A stretch of 64,000 bases of DNA from Escherichia coli (GTDB taxonomy: Bacteria; Pseudomonadota; Gammaproteobacteria; Enterobacterales; Enterobacteriaceae), in NCBI RefSeq assembly GCF_030013205.1, contig NZ_CP122648.1; one strand, written 5' to 3'. Below, in pieces: positions 21,456 to 34,371 of the stretch. Numbering within the stretch: the first letter of the stretch is position 1; each line of letters begins with the position of its first letter. Under the pieces are notes generated by a model. It did no database searches, was not told where the DNA came from, and saw nothing but the letters and a program-made list of their open reading frames with translations. Made by a program: the position numbers and the translations under genes.

Positions 21456-21819
21456 ACACCACCAATGGCTGGCCTGGATTTATCGCCAGACCAGCCTCGT
21501 TATAGCAGTAATTGCAGCAGCTGGGTGAGGGCAAACTTCACCGCTAATGCGAATGCCGTTTCGCAGTCGCCAGCAAAATTACTTTTTTTGTATACCCTTC
21601 CGTTATAATAATTTTCAAATTTATAAATCTGATTGTTCTGAAATATGTTTAAGACTCTTTAATCTTCTTCTTACTTTAGTGAGTTAAATTCTCTTAATAT
21701 TTGACAGCTAGTTGCCTGATTTTAAATGCCTTATAACAATTGGCAGTATTCTTATTTGTCAATTATAAAAATAGCAACCAGACTTAATAAGTCAAACCAA
21801 ACGCAATTAAGGAGTCAGT

Positions 21820-22212
21820 ATGAAATTTCAGGCCATTGTATTAGCAAGTTTTCTTGTCATGCCTTATGCGTTGGCAGATGACCAGGGCGGATTAAAACAG
21901 GATGCAGCGCCACCGCCGCCTCATGCAATAGAAGATGGCTATCGCGGAACCGATGATGCAAAAAAAATGACCGTTGATTTCGCAAAAACCATGCATGATG
22001 GCGCTTCGGTTTCACTACGCGGTAATTTGATTTCTCACAAAGGAGAGGACCGTTACGTTTTTCGCGATAAGAGCGGTGAAATTAATGTTGTTATTCCTGC
22101 GGCAGTCTTTGATGGACGAGAAGTTCAGCCGGACCAGATGATCAACATTAGCGGTAGTCTGGATAAGAAAAGCGCTCCGGCCGTCGTTCGGGTCACTCAT
22201 TTGCAGAAATAA
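21820..22212 (+). CDS. ydeI: Periplasmic OB-fold (BOF/YgiW-family) stress protein
   Basis: 130 aa with signal peptide [19 protein letters not shown]. Confidence 0.8.
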
Positions 22213-22251
22213 AAATAAATTAGCCTGATGGCCTGAACTACTGGGCCATTA

Positions 22252-22290
22252 GGTTATTGGGTTATTGGGTTATTGGGTTATTGGGTTATG
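22252..22290. repeat. Short tandem repeat: four perfect copies of GGTTATTG plus a partial fifth
   Basis: Read directly from the sequence; lies in the intergenic region between ydeI and dgcZ. Confidence 0.9.
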
Positions 22291-22490
22291 CTATTTGTCA
22301 TCCTTTTAATTGCGATAATGCAGGCTTAATTTACAGAATTAAACACTTTTTTATCTGCTGATTTTGTTTCAAATCACAATGTTATCTCAGAGGTGATTCA
22401 TAACTTCGGATTTCTATGAAAATATTGACGTAATTTTGCTTTTCTCTCGTTAGAATAGCGCGCACAAGGAACTGTGAAAAAGGAGTGGCA

Positions 22491-23381
22491 ATGATCAAGA
22501 AGACAACGGAAATTGATGCCATCTTGTTAAATCTCAATAAGGCTATCGATGCCCACTACCAGTGGCTGGTAAGTATGTTTCGCAGCGTAGTCGCGAGAGA
22601 TGCCAGTAAGCCAGAAATAACGGATAACCATTCTTATGGACTGTGCCAGTTTGGTCGGTGGATTGATCATCTGGGACCACTCGATAACGATGAATTACCT
22701 TATGTTCGGCTAATGGATTCTGCCCATCAACATATGCATAACTGTGGTCGGGAATTAATGCTGGCTATTGTTGAAAATCACTGGCAGGACGCGCATTTCG
22801 ACGCCTTTCAGGAAGGGGTGCTTTCTTTTACTGCGGCATTAACCGATTACAAAATTTATTTGCTGACGATCCGTAGCAATATGGATGTTTTGACGGGATT
22901 GCCGGGTCGTCGGGTTCTTGATGAATCCTTTGATCATCAGTTACGCAACGCTGAGCCTCTGAATCTTTATTTAATGTTGTTGGATATTGACCGATTTAAA
23001 TTGGTTAATGATACCTACGGGCATTTAATCGGCGATGTAGTATTACGCACCCTGGCAACTTACTTAGCCAGTTGGACGCGCGATTACGAAACGGTTTATC
23101 GCTACGGTGGCGAAGAATTTATCATTATTGTCAAAGCGGCTAATGATGAAGAAGCATGTCGTGCAGGTATCAGAATTTGCCAGTTAGTCGATAACCATGC
23201 CATCACACATTCTGAAGGGCATATCAACATTACCGTGACAGCAGGTGTGAGTCGCGCATTTCCTGAAGAGCCTCTGGATGTGGTCATTGGAAGAGCGGAC
23301 CGGGCAATGTATGAGGGTAAGCAAACCGGAAGAAATCGCTGTATGTTTATTGACGAACAAAACGTGATTAACCGAGTTTAA
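22491..23381 (+). CDS. dgcZ: Zinc-regulated diguanylate cyclase (CZB domain plus GGDEF)
   Basis: 296 aa from the ATG at 22491; GGEEF active-site motif (RYGGEEF) present. Confidence 0.85.
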   Translation: MIKKTTEIDAILLNLNKAIDAHYQWLVSMFRSVVARDASKPEITDNHSYGLCQFGRWIDHLGPLDNDELPYVRLMDSAHQHMHNCGRELMLAIVENHWQDAHFDAFQEGVLSFTAALTDYKIYLLTIRSNMDVLTGLPGRRVLDESFDHQLRNAEPLNLYLMLLDIDRFKLVNDTYGHLIGDVVLRTLATYLASWTRDYETVYRYGGEEFIIIVKAANDEEACRAGIRICQLVDNHAITHSEGHINITVTAGVSRAFPEEPLDVVIGRADRAMYEGKQTGRNRCMFIDEQNVINRV

Positions 23382-23417
23382 GCTCCGTTTAACATTCATT
23401 GAGAAAACTGATGCTAC

Positions 23418-23524
23418 TGTGTCAACGATCCGTTATCAGTGCAGGAAAATGCCTGTTAGCGTAAAAGCAAAACACAAATCTATCCATGCAAGCATTCACC
23501 GCCGGTTTACTGGCGGTTTTTTTT
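23418..23524 (+). ncRNA. mgrR: Candidate small RNA (MgrR-like), ending at an intrinsic terminator
   Basis: PhoP-box-like direct repeat AGTTTA-N5-CGTTTA at 23375-23391, then an A/T-rich stretch, then a stem (ACCGCCGG / CTGGCGGT) followed by eight T at 23498-23524; no plausible ORF. Position between dgcZ and mgtS matches the recalled mgrR location. Start coordinate is approximate. Confidence 0.4.
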
Positions 23525-23599
23525 CGCCGTCATAAAAATCAGGCCCCTTGTACACAGTTGTAACAAGGGGCCGGTTAGGTGAGGGATTATCTCCGTTCA

Positions 23600-23695
23600 T
23601 TAGTCATCCCATTTGTGGCTGAAATACGCGGCCAGAAAACCAGAAAATAAAATTATTCCCAGTACGGCCATAAAAACATTCATATTACCCAGCAT
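23600..23695 (-). CDS. mgtS: Small membrane protein MgtS (31 aa)
   Basis: Not in the ORF track (below 60 aa); reverse strand reads ATG CTG GGT AAT ATG ... = MLGNMNVFMAVLGIILFSGFLAAYFSHKWDD, with a GGAGG Shine-Dalgarno sequence 7 nt upstream and a downstream hairpin. Confidence 0.8.
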   Translation of the reverse strand: MLGNMNVFMAVLGIILFSGFLAAYFSHKWDD

Positions 23696-23821
23696 TATTT
23701 GCCTCCGTTTATGGTGTGGTGTGTTTCCTCGCTTACCTTAATTTTCATCTCAATGAGAAAGATATTAGCAGAGGTAACCTAAACGAAGGCTGAATTAAAT
23801 TTTTATTGTGTTCGACTTAAA

Positions 23822-25009
23822 TCAACAAAGCGCGGGCTGCCCCCACGGTCTTGCACGAATTCCTTTTAACATAAGCACCCACGCAGCAATGATCACCAAC
23901 GCTAAGATGATAAACAGCGAGAAAGGCGGCAGACTGGTAAGCACTATGCCACTCACTAATGGGTTAATCGCCGCACCAAGCCAGCCTAAAGACTGGGCGG
24001 AAAAATAGCTGGCTTTCATTCCTGGCGGCGCAATATGGTCAATCAACATATACTCGCCCGGCGCATAAATGATTTCACCGACAGTAAATACCGCAGCTGA
24101 CATACCCCACAATAGCAGGCTGTTGCCGGAAAAAATAAAACCAACCAGACCGATGACGAAACAGAGGGTGCCTGCTGTCATCAGCGCGCGGATGTTAGCC
24201 GGGTTAAGGCGGCGGCCCACGGAATATTGCAACGTAACTACCATGGCAGCATTAACCGGAAGAACAACCGCAACCACCTTTTCGGCAAAATCCCCATCAG
24301 CAATCACCATCACATATTGTGAAATGCACGAGGCAAATGCGCCGCTAACAAAGGAAGCCAGAAAACCAGAGCAGGTAAACCACAACAGTGCTTTATCTTG
24401 TAATAAAACTGTCGGCGACCAGGCACTGCCTGTTTCCGTGGCGATGATTTTCTCGCTGCGCTTTACCCAAATTTGAATGAAAAGCATGGGAAACGCGGAA
24501 CAGATAGCTGCCAGCCAGAAGGGCAGATTGATGCTCTGCATCACCAACAACGTGCCGAGCGGCGGACCGATGGTCCAGCCAATGTTTAGCATGGTGTAGT
24601 TGATTGAGAAGATTTTCGTTTTGCTGGTGGAGGAAAGATTGTCGGCAAACCAGGCTTTCAACACGGTAGCAAAAACGGAATAGGCGCAGTTAATAAGGGC
24701 AAAAAAGAGCACCACCAGCGTCACGTTATTCACTAAAGGAATGGCAATAAAACCGCTGGCGAAGGCGGTAATTGCCAGTAACATATAGCGTTTCTTGTCG
24801 AACTTATCCGCCAGGATACCAAAACCGAGGCTAAAAACGACGCCAATAGTGAGCGCAATTGTCATCGCATAACCGATTAGATCGACACTCAGGCTGTACT
24901 GGCGACTCAAGTAAATGGTCATAAACGGCAGCGTAGCGCCGCGTCCGATGGTTAATAACAACGACGAGGCAAGAAGGGCGCTGGTAGAGCGTCGTAGGGA
25001 TAAGTTCAT
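23822..25009 (-). CDS. ydeE: MFS transporter
   Basis: 395 aa, 12-TM-like hydropathy pattern. Confidence 0.85.
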   Translation of the reverse strand: MNLSLRRSTSALLASSLLLTIGRGATLPFMTIYLSRQYSLSVDLIGYAMTIALTIGVVFSLGFGILADKFDKKRYMLLAITAFASGFIAIPLVNNVTLVVLFFALINCAYSVFATVLKAWFADNLSSTSKTKIFSINYTMLNIGWTIGPPLGTLLVMQSINLPFWLAAICSAFPMLFIQIWVKRSEKIIATETGSAWSPTVLLQDKALLWFTCSGFLASFVSGAFASCISQYVMVIADGDFAEKVVAVVLPVNAAMVVTLQYSVGRRLNPANIRALMTAGTLCFVIGLVGFIFSGNSLLLWGMSAAVFTVGEIIYAPGEYMLIDHIAPPGMKASYFSAQSLGWLGAAINPLVSGIVLTSLPPFSLFIILALVIIAAWVLMLKGIRARPWGQPALC

Positions 25010-25203
25010 TTGTCTGTCCGGCAGTGCGTTTCGTTATGTTTTGTTTTAGAGATGTAAAGAAATAGCATGGCAAAAATCCGAAGTATAGCGACTTATTTGC
25101 GCATTAATGCCGTCGTAATCGCCGACTAACGAATCAACTGTTAAAGAAAAGTAAATTCAGCTAAGTTGATTGCTTACAAAAGATGAAATTCAGAGGCGGT
25201 AGA

Positions 25204-26103
25204 ATGTCGCGAAAAGATGGGGTGTTGGCGCTACTGGTAGTGGTCGTATGGGGGCTAAATTTTGTGGTCATCAAAGTGGGGCTTCATAACATGCCACCGC
25301 TGATGTTGGCCGGTTTGCGCTTTATGCTGGTTGCTTTTCCGGCTATCTTTTTTGTCGCACGACCGAAAGTACCACTGAATTTGCTGCTGGGGTATGGATT
25401 AACCATCAGTTTTGCGCAGTTTGCTTTTCTTTTTTGTGCCATTAACTTCGGTATGCCTGCTGGACTGGCTTCGCTGGTGTTACAGGCACAGGCGTTTTTT
25501 ACTATCGTGCTTGGCGTGTTTACTTTTGGTGAGCGACTGCATGGCAAACAATTGGCGGGGATCGCCTTAGCGATTTTTGGCGTACTGGTGTTAATCGAAG
25601 ATAGTCTGAACGGTCAGCATGTGGCGATGTTCGGCTTTATGTTGACCCTGGCGGCAGCATTTAGTTGGGCGTGTGGCAACATCTTCAATAAAAAGATCAT
25701 GTCGCACTCAACGCGTCCGGCGGTGATGTCGCTGGTAATCTGGAGCGCATTAATCCCAATCATTCCCTTCTTTGTTGCCTCGCTGATTCTCGATGGTTCC
25801 GCAACCATGATTCACAGTCTGGTCACTATCGATATGACCACCATCTTGTCTCTGATGTATCTGGCGTTTGTGGCGACAATTGTTGGTTATGGGATCTGGG
25901 GGACGTTACTGGGACGCTATGAAACCTGGCGGGTTGCACCGTTATCGTTACTGGTGCCCGTAGTAGGACTGGCAAGTGCGGCACTATTGTTGGATGAACG
26001 CTTAACGGGTCTACAATTTTTCGGTGCGGTGCTCATTATGACCGGGCTGTATATCAATGTATTTGGCTTGCGGTGGCGTAAAGCGGTAAAGGTTAGAGGC
26101 TAA
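25204..26103 (+). CDS. eamA: Cysteine / O-acetylserine exporter (DMT superfamily, EamA)
   Basis: 299 aa from the ATG at 25204; two EamA-type repeats. Confidence 0.85.
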   Translation: MSRKDGVLALLVVVVWGLNFVVIKVGLHNMPPLMLAGLRFMLVAFPAIFFVARPKVPLNLLLGYGLTISFAQFAFLFCAINFGMPAGLASLVLQAQAFFTIVLGVFTFGERLHGKQLAGIALAIFGVLVLIEDSLNGQHVAMFGFMLTLAAAFSWACGNIFNKKIMSHSTRPAVMSLVIWSALIPIIPFFVASLILDGSATMIHSLVTIDMTTILSLMYLAFVATIVGYGIWGTLLGRYETWRVAPLSLLVPVVGLASAALLLDERLTGLQFFGAVLIMTGLYINVFGLRWRKAVKVRG

Positions 26104-26109
26104 ACCATA

Positions 26110-26149
26110 CGCACAGAATGTGATGTCAGCACTCTGTGCGTCTGCTTTT
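26110..26149 (+). terminator. Hairpin plus T-rich tract downstream of eamA, at the left edge of the PTS island
   Basis: Stem CGCACAGA / TCTGTGCG with a 15-nt loop, followed by TCTGCTTTTA. Confidence 0.4.
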
Positions 26150-26846
26150 ATCGCGGGAAAAAGTACTTTACCTGGAACTCGAAAATATTGCTGTAAAGTA
26201 ACGAATAATCCAGCGGAATAGAGTTACTGTCCACAGCCTGGGTCTGGATTTTAAGTATGGGATCCCGTGGGCTGATCCGTAAAATACTGGCGATTTCTGG
26301 GGTAGGAAAAGTAGGGGAGAAAGTTTCAAAGGTGCCAATGATTTTGATCCCGCATTCGTTCTCAATATACGAAAATTTGGATTTTTGCATATGTGCTACG
26401 GTTAAATCAGGAAAACGTGCCACTGACATCCACGTTTCTTCTAATTGTGCTGCATTATCCTCAATGAATCGCAGTCTCTTTATGTAATAAACCTGCTCAC
26501 CAGTCACTAAATTCAGCTCAGTCGCAATAGGGGGTGAAGCATCCTGCACTTCAAATTTCATAATCTGACTTCCTGCCTCCTTGCCGCTTTTATGCGCAAT
26601 TTCACTGAAGCTGTTCATGTGATCAATGTGTGCAACAAAATTCTTTTTTTGAATATATGTTCCTGAACCATGCTTTCTATGAATAATTCCTTCGCCTTCC
26701 AGCAAGGATAATGCCTTACGCAGGGTATTACGCGAAACATTATAACGAACAGCGAGTTCAGCTTCTGACGGCAACAAATCACCAACATGCCATGAATAGC
26801 CATTGATCTCGGATTTAAGTAAGCGGGCAATCTTTTGAAAAATCAC
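26148..26846 (-). CDS. GntR/HutC-family transcriptional regulator (HTH plus UTRA-like effector domain)
   Basis: 232 aa; N-terminal GntR HTH (LPSEAELAVRYNVSRNTLRKAL); divergent from the PTS operon. Confidence 0.8.
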   Translation of the reverse strand: MIFQKIARLLKSEINGYSWHVGDLLPSEAELAVRYNVSRNTLRKALSLLEGEGIIHRKHGSGTYIQKKNFVAHIDHMNSFSEIAHKSGKEAGSQIMKFEVQDASPPIATELNLVTGEQVYYIKRLRFIEDNAAQLEETWMSVARFPDLTVAHMQKSKFSYIENECGIKIIGTFETFSPTFPTPEIASILRISPRDPILKIQTQAVDSNSIPLDYSLLYSNIFEFQVKYFFPR

Positions 26847-27044
26847 TTTTGCACCTTTTAAGAGCCATTGAAAACAAGGAGTTGAGTCCTGATTGGTTTA
26901 TCGTATGGTCGAGTCGTTTAATTATCACCCTGATGTTGAACAACTTTAGTGCTGTATTACTGTGATCAATGTACCAGGACGTATAGCTACTGCGGGATAT
27001 GATATTTACACAATGTAATCTGTTATATACCAGTAAGGGAAAAT

Positions 27045-27356
27045 ATGAAAAAAATATTGTTAGTTTGCGCTGCGGGCATGTCAACCAGTATGCTGGTTAA
27101 ACGTATGATTGATCATGCTAACGCTATTTCACTTGAAGTTAATATTTCCGCATTGGCGATTGCAGAGGCTAAAGGGAAAATTAAAAATAACGAAGTTGAC
27201 GTTGTTTTACTTGGCCCGCAAGTTCGCTTTCAGAAACCAGAGATTGAAGCTGTTGCACAGGGGAAAATGCCTGTAGCTGTTATCGAGATGAAAGACTATG
27301 GCACCATGAACGGACAGGCAGTTCTTGAATTTGCGATGAAACTACTGCAAGAGTAA
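27045..27356 (+). CDS. PTS EIIB component, lactose/cellobiose family
   Basis: 103 aa; MKKILLVCAAGMSTSMLV with the phosphorylatable Cys near the N-terminus. Confidence 0.8.
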   Translation: MKKILLVCAAGMSTSMLVKRMIDHANAISLEVNISALAIAEAKGKIKNNEVDVVLLGPQVRFQKPEIEAVAQGKMPVAVIEMKDYGTMNGQAVLEFAMKLLQE

Positions 27357-27431
27357 GAATCTAATATTATTAAACTATTACCTGAACTAACTTTTCACAC
27401 ATCATAAAATGGCTATGGCATACATGCTTTA

Positions 27432-28793
27432 TTGGGATGTATAAATATCCAGAACAACAGGTATAAAAAAATGGGATTAATGACCTCATTCGAACGTGGA
27501 ATGGAACGTTTTCTTGTTCCAGTTGCTATCAAGTTAAACTCACAAAAACATGTTGCAGCGGTGAGAGATGGATTCGTTTTTACGTTTCCAATTATCATGG
27601 CAAGCTCATTAATTATATTAATAAACTTTGCCATATTATCGCCAGACGGCTTTATTGCCGGACTGCTGCATCTGAACAGCGTTTTTCCCAACCTTGAAAA
27701 AGCACAAGCTATTTTTACTCCGGTAATGAATGGCTCTGTAAATATCATGTCAATTATGATTGCTTTCCTGGTCGCCAGAAATATGGCGATTAGCTATGAG
27801 CAAGATGATCTTTTATGCGGATTAACGGCAATAGGCGCATTTTTTATTGTTTATACGCCATATCAGATGATAGATGGGCAAGCATTCCTGACGACCAAAT
27901 ATCTCGGCGCACAGGGGTTGTTTGTTGCTGTTATAGTTGCATTAATCACAAGTGAAATATTTTGTCGCTTAGCTCGAAACCCAAAAATCACCATAACGAT
28001 GCCGGCAGCTGTACCTCCTGCGGTAGCGCGTTCATTTAAAGTTTTATTGCCAATATTTTTTGTCATGGTGTTCTTTTCCGCACTTAATTATTGCCTGACA
28101 CTGATATCCCCGGCAGGATTAAACGATCTTATTTACACATTAATCCAGACGCCGCTCAAACATATGGGAACGAATATCTTTGCGGTAATTATCCTGGGGG
28201 CTGTGGGTAATTTCCTTTGGGTGCTGGGGATCCACGGACCTAATACCACCTCGGCAATTCGAGAAACTGTTTTTTCTGAGGCTAATCTGGAGAATCTCTC
28301 CTGGGCCGCTCAACACGGCACTACCTGGGGCGCGCCATATCCGATTACCTGGACTTCTATTAATGATGCATTCGCCAACTGCGGCGGTTCAGGTATGACG
28401 TTGGGGTTATTGTTGGCTATTTTTATCGCTTCTAAGCGTGCGGAATACCGTGATCTGGCAAAAATGTCGTTTATCCCCGGTATTTTCAATATCAATGAAC
28501 CGGTAATGTTCGGCCTTCCTATTGTACTTAACCCCATCATGATGGTGCCGTTTATTCTGGTTCCCATTGTTAACTGTGCCATTGGTTACTTCTTTGTTTC
28601 GATGGAAATTATTCCACCGGTTGCTTATGCCGTGCCCTGGACTACGCCCGGACCTTTAATTGCTTTCCTCGGAACCGGGGGAAACTGGCTGGCGTTACTG
28701 GTGGGTTTTTTATGTTTAGGTGTGGCGACAATGATCTATTTACCTTTTGTTATTGCCGCCAACAAGGTCAATAACATGACAACTAACGGATAA
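27432..28793 (+). CDS. PTS EIIC permease, lactose/cellobiose family
   Basis: 453 aa polytopic membrane protein between the IIB and IIA genes; alternative start at 27472. Confidence 0.8.
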   Translation: MGCINIQNNRYKKMGLMTSFERGMERFLVPVAIKLNSQKHVAAVRDGFVFTFPIIMASSLIILINFAILSPDGFIAGLLHLNSVFPNLEKAQAIFTPVMNGSVNIMSIMIAFLVARNMAISYEQDDLLCGLTAIGAFFIVYTPYQMIDGQAFLTTKYLGAQGLFVAVIVALITSEIFCRLARNPKITITMPAAVPPAVARSFKVLLPIFFVMVFFSALNYCLTLISPAGLNDLIYTLIQTPLKHMGTNIFAVIILGAVGNFLWVLGIHGPNTTSAIRETVFSEANLENLSWAAQHGTTWGAPYPITWTSINDAFANCGGSGMTLGLLLAIFIASKRAEYRDLAKMSFIPGIFNINEPVMFGLPIVLNPIMMVPFILVPIVNCAIGYFFVSMEIIPPVAYAVPWTTPGPLIAFLGTGGNWLALLVGFLCLGVATMIYLPFVIAANKVNNMTTNG

Positions 28794-28814
28794 TCCCATT
28801 TACACAGGAAGGAG

Positions 28815-29132
28815 ATGTTGATGTTTGCAGATGAAGAACTTGTTATGGAGTTACTGATCAACGCGGGACAGGCACGTTCTGATGCGATGGAAGCCATACG
28901 TTGTGCCGGGCAAAAAGACTGGCAGGGCGCAACTCAGCTAATGGCCAGTTCGGAATTAGCCTGTCTTCAGGCACATAAGATTCAGACCGCGTTAATTAGT
29001 CAGGATGAAGGTTGTGGCAAAATAGAAGTTAATTTAATTCTGGTTCATGCACAGGATCATTTGATGAATGCAATATTATGCCAGGATTTAGCCAGGGAAA
29101 TTATTTCATTAAGAAAAGAGCTCCATGCCTGA
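28815..29132 (+). CDS. PTS EIIA component, lactose/cellobiose family
   Basis: 105 aa helical protein with a conserved His (QAHKIQTAL) as in ChbA/CelC-type IIA. Confidence 0.75.
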   Translation: MLMFADEELVMELLINAGQARSDAMEAIRCAGQKDWQGATQLMASSELACLQAHKIQTALISQDEGCGKIEVNLILVHAQDHLMNAILCQDLAREIISLRKELHA

Positions 29133-29184
29133 TTTTTTCCTCCAGTGCGATAGCTGGAGGAAATTATTACACTCTTAAGGATAA

Positions 29185-32325
<3,141 letters not shown>

Positions 32326-32352
32326 GACTTCAGGAAGATATTACGGAGATAT

Positions 32353-32374
32353 CAGGCTCTGTGATCAGAGCCTG
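32353..32374. terminator. Perfect 9-bp hairpin (CAGGCTCTG tgat CAGAGCCTG) between the glucosidase gene and marB
   Basis: Read directly; lacks a clear U-tract, so its terminator function is uncertain. Confidence 0.35.
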
Positions 32375-32381
32375 ACAATAA

Positions 32382-32600
32382 CTACATAGCGTGTTGATTA
32401 TAATAGGGCACGCCGAGCGCATCCGACTTATCACTGCCAGTACCCATGTGATTTAAATCAAACGGTGGTTGTTCCTGCGATGGGGGAACAACCACGACAT
32501 TGGCACAGGAAGTAACAACCGGCTGCGTGGTTTGTTCCGCAATGCCCTGCGTGGAAAAGAGAATAAGCGCAGCTGCTATTGCGGATAAAAGTGGTTTCAT
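32382..32600 (-). CDS. marB: MarB periplasmic protein
   Basis: 72 aa with signal peptide MKPLLSAIAAALILFSTQGIA; located downstream of marA. Confidence 0.85.
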   Translation of the reverse strand: MKPLLSAIAAALILFSTQGIAEQTTQPVVTSCANVVVVPPSQEQPPFDLNHMGTGSDKSDALGVPYYNQHAM

Positions 32601-32631
32601 GATTGCCTCAGTGACGTTGTCACGTTATCAA

Positions 32632-33021
32632 CTAGCTGTTGTAATGATTTAATGGATGTAAAAAGCGCGATTCGCCCTGCATATTGGTCATCCGGTATTT
32701 ATGCGGCGGAACATCAAAGTAATTTTTGAAGGTTCGGGTCAGAGTTTGTTGCGACTCGAAGCCATATCGTTCTGCCAGATAGAGTATCGGCTCGTTACTT
32801 TCCTTCAGCTTTTGCGCGATTTCCGTCATCTTACGGCTGCGGATGTATTGGCCTAATGAATGACCGGTTTCTTTTTTAAACATCCGTTGCAGGTGCCATT
32901 TGGAGTAACCCGAACGCTCTGACACTTTCTCCAGTGACAGTGGCGATTCCAGGTTGTCCTCGATCCAGTCCAAAATGCTATGAATGGTAATAGCGTCAGT
33001 ATTGCGTCTGGACATCGTCAT
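32632..33021 (-). CDS. marA: AraC/XylS-family transcriptional activator MarA
   Basis: Two HTH motifs; matches the recalled MarA sequence ([22 protein letters not shown]...); the start may be at 33015. Confidence 0.9.
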
Positions 33022-33035
33022 ACCTCTTTTTTTGT

Positions 33036-33470
33036 TTACGGCAGGACTTTCTTAAGCAAATGCTCAAGTGTTGCCACTTCGTCCGCGGTCAGGTTTTTTG
33101 TTAATTCTTGATGCAGGTCCTGGCCAACTAATTGATGGCATTGTTCACATATTGCCGCGCCGCTGGTGGTAAGTTTTACCAGTACGCCGCGCTTGTCATT
33201 CGGGTTCGGCAACCTTTCCACCCAGCCTTTACAGACCAGGCGATCCAGCATACGGGTCAGCGCCCCCAGGTCGACCGATAACACTCTTTTCAGTTCAACC
33301 GGAGTAATACACGCCGCGCAGCGGATAGAGCAGAGCACCTTAAACTGTGCCGCGGTAATATCCAGCGGAGACAGATACTCGTTAAGCAGGCGATCTTTCT
33401 TCTGATTAACCATATGGATTAAGCGACCCAATGGAATAATTTCATTGAACAGATCGCTGGTACTTTTCAC
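33036..33470 (-). CDS. marR: MarR-family repressor MarR
   Basis: 144 aa winged-helix protein upstream of marA in the same operon. Confidence 0.9.
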
Positions 33471-33681
33471 ATTAGTTGCCCTGGCAAGTAATTAGTTGCA
33501 GGGGATAATATTGCCCAGGCAAGTATAAGTCAAATGAATGAATTGACCGATGCCACGTTTTGCTAAATCGGTTCAAGTTTTGGTCAGTGCGATGCAAGGC
33601 TAGCTAAAGAGTGACACTTTATCGTTGTTTACCCCTTATACTTTTCGCTGATAACCCAGATACACAGGATAACAACCACCA
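33471..33681. promoter_or_regulatory. marO control region (divergent marRAB and marC promoters; MarR operator palindromes containing TTGCC/GGCAA)
   Basis: GTTGCCCTGGCAAGTAATTAGTTGCAGGGGATAATATTGCCCAGGCAAG at about 33465-33520 contains TTGCC...GGCAA inverted repeats, as in the recalled marO. Confidence 0.6.
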
Positions 33682-34347
33682 ATGTTAGATTTGTTTAAAG
33701 CAATAGGCCTGGGGCTGGTGGTGTTACTGCCGTTAGCTAACCCATTAACAACTGTCGCGTTATTTCTTGGCCTGGCAGGCAACATGAACAGTGCCGAACG
33801 TAATCGTCAGTCGTTGATGGCCTCGGTGTACGTATTTGCCATCATGATGGTGGCGTATTACGCCGGGCAACTGGTGATGGATACATTTGGCATTTCGATT
33901 CCCGGTCTGCGAATTGCAGGCGGCTTAATCGTCGCGTTTATCGGTTTTCGGATGCTCTTTCCGCAACAGAAAGCGATTGATTCACCGGAGGCGAAAAGCA
34001 AGTCGGAAGAGCTGGAAGATGAACCCAGCGCCAATATTGCTTTTGTACCACTGGCAATGCCAAGTACCGCCGGTCCGGGAACCATTGCAATGATTATTAG
34101 CTCGGCGTCCACAGTGCGTCAGAGTTCAACCTTCGCTGATTGGGTGCTGATGGTTGCGCCGCCGCTGATCTTTTTCCTGGTGGCGGTTATTTTGTGGGGA
34201 AGTCTACGCAGCTCTGGCGCAATTATGCGGCTGGTGGGTAAGGGGGGCATTGAAGCGATCTCCCGTCTGATGGGATTCCTGCTGGTATGTATGGGGGTGC
34301 AGTTTATTATTAACGGCATCCTGGAAATCATTAAAACGTACCACTAA
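33682..34347 (+). CDS. marC: MarC-family inner membrane protein
   Basis: 221 aa membrane protein divergent from marRAB. Confidence 0.85.
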   Translation: MLDLFKAIGLGLVVLLPLANPLTTVALFLGLAGNMNSAERNRQSLMASVYVFAIMMVAYYAGQLVMDTFGISIPGLRIAGGLIVAFIGFRMLFPQQKAIDSPEAKSKSEELEDEPSANIAFVPLAMPSTAGPGTIAMIISSASTVRQSSTFADWVLMVAPPLIFFLVAVILWGSLRSSGAIMRLVGKGGIEAISRLMGFLLVCMGVQFIINGILEIIKTYH

Positions 34348-34368
34348 AAAAGGCCCAAATGGGCCTTT
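34346..34368. terminator. Bidirectional intrinsic terminator between the convergent genes marC and sotB
   Basis: AAAAAGGCCC aaat GGGCCTTT: GC stem flanked by an A-run and a T-run. Confidence 0.6.
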
Positions 34369-34371
34369 CAA

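Noticed and set aside
22252-22290. Possible CRISPR array (short direct repeats)
   Set aside because: Repeat unit is only 8 nt and the copies are directly tandem with no spacers; no cas genes nearby.
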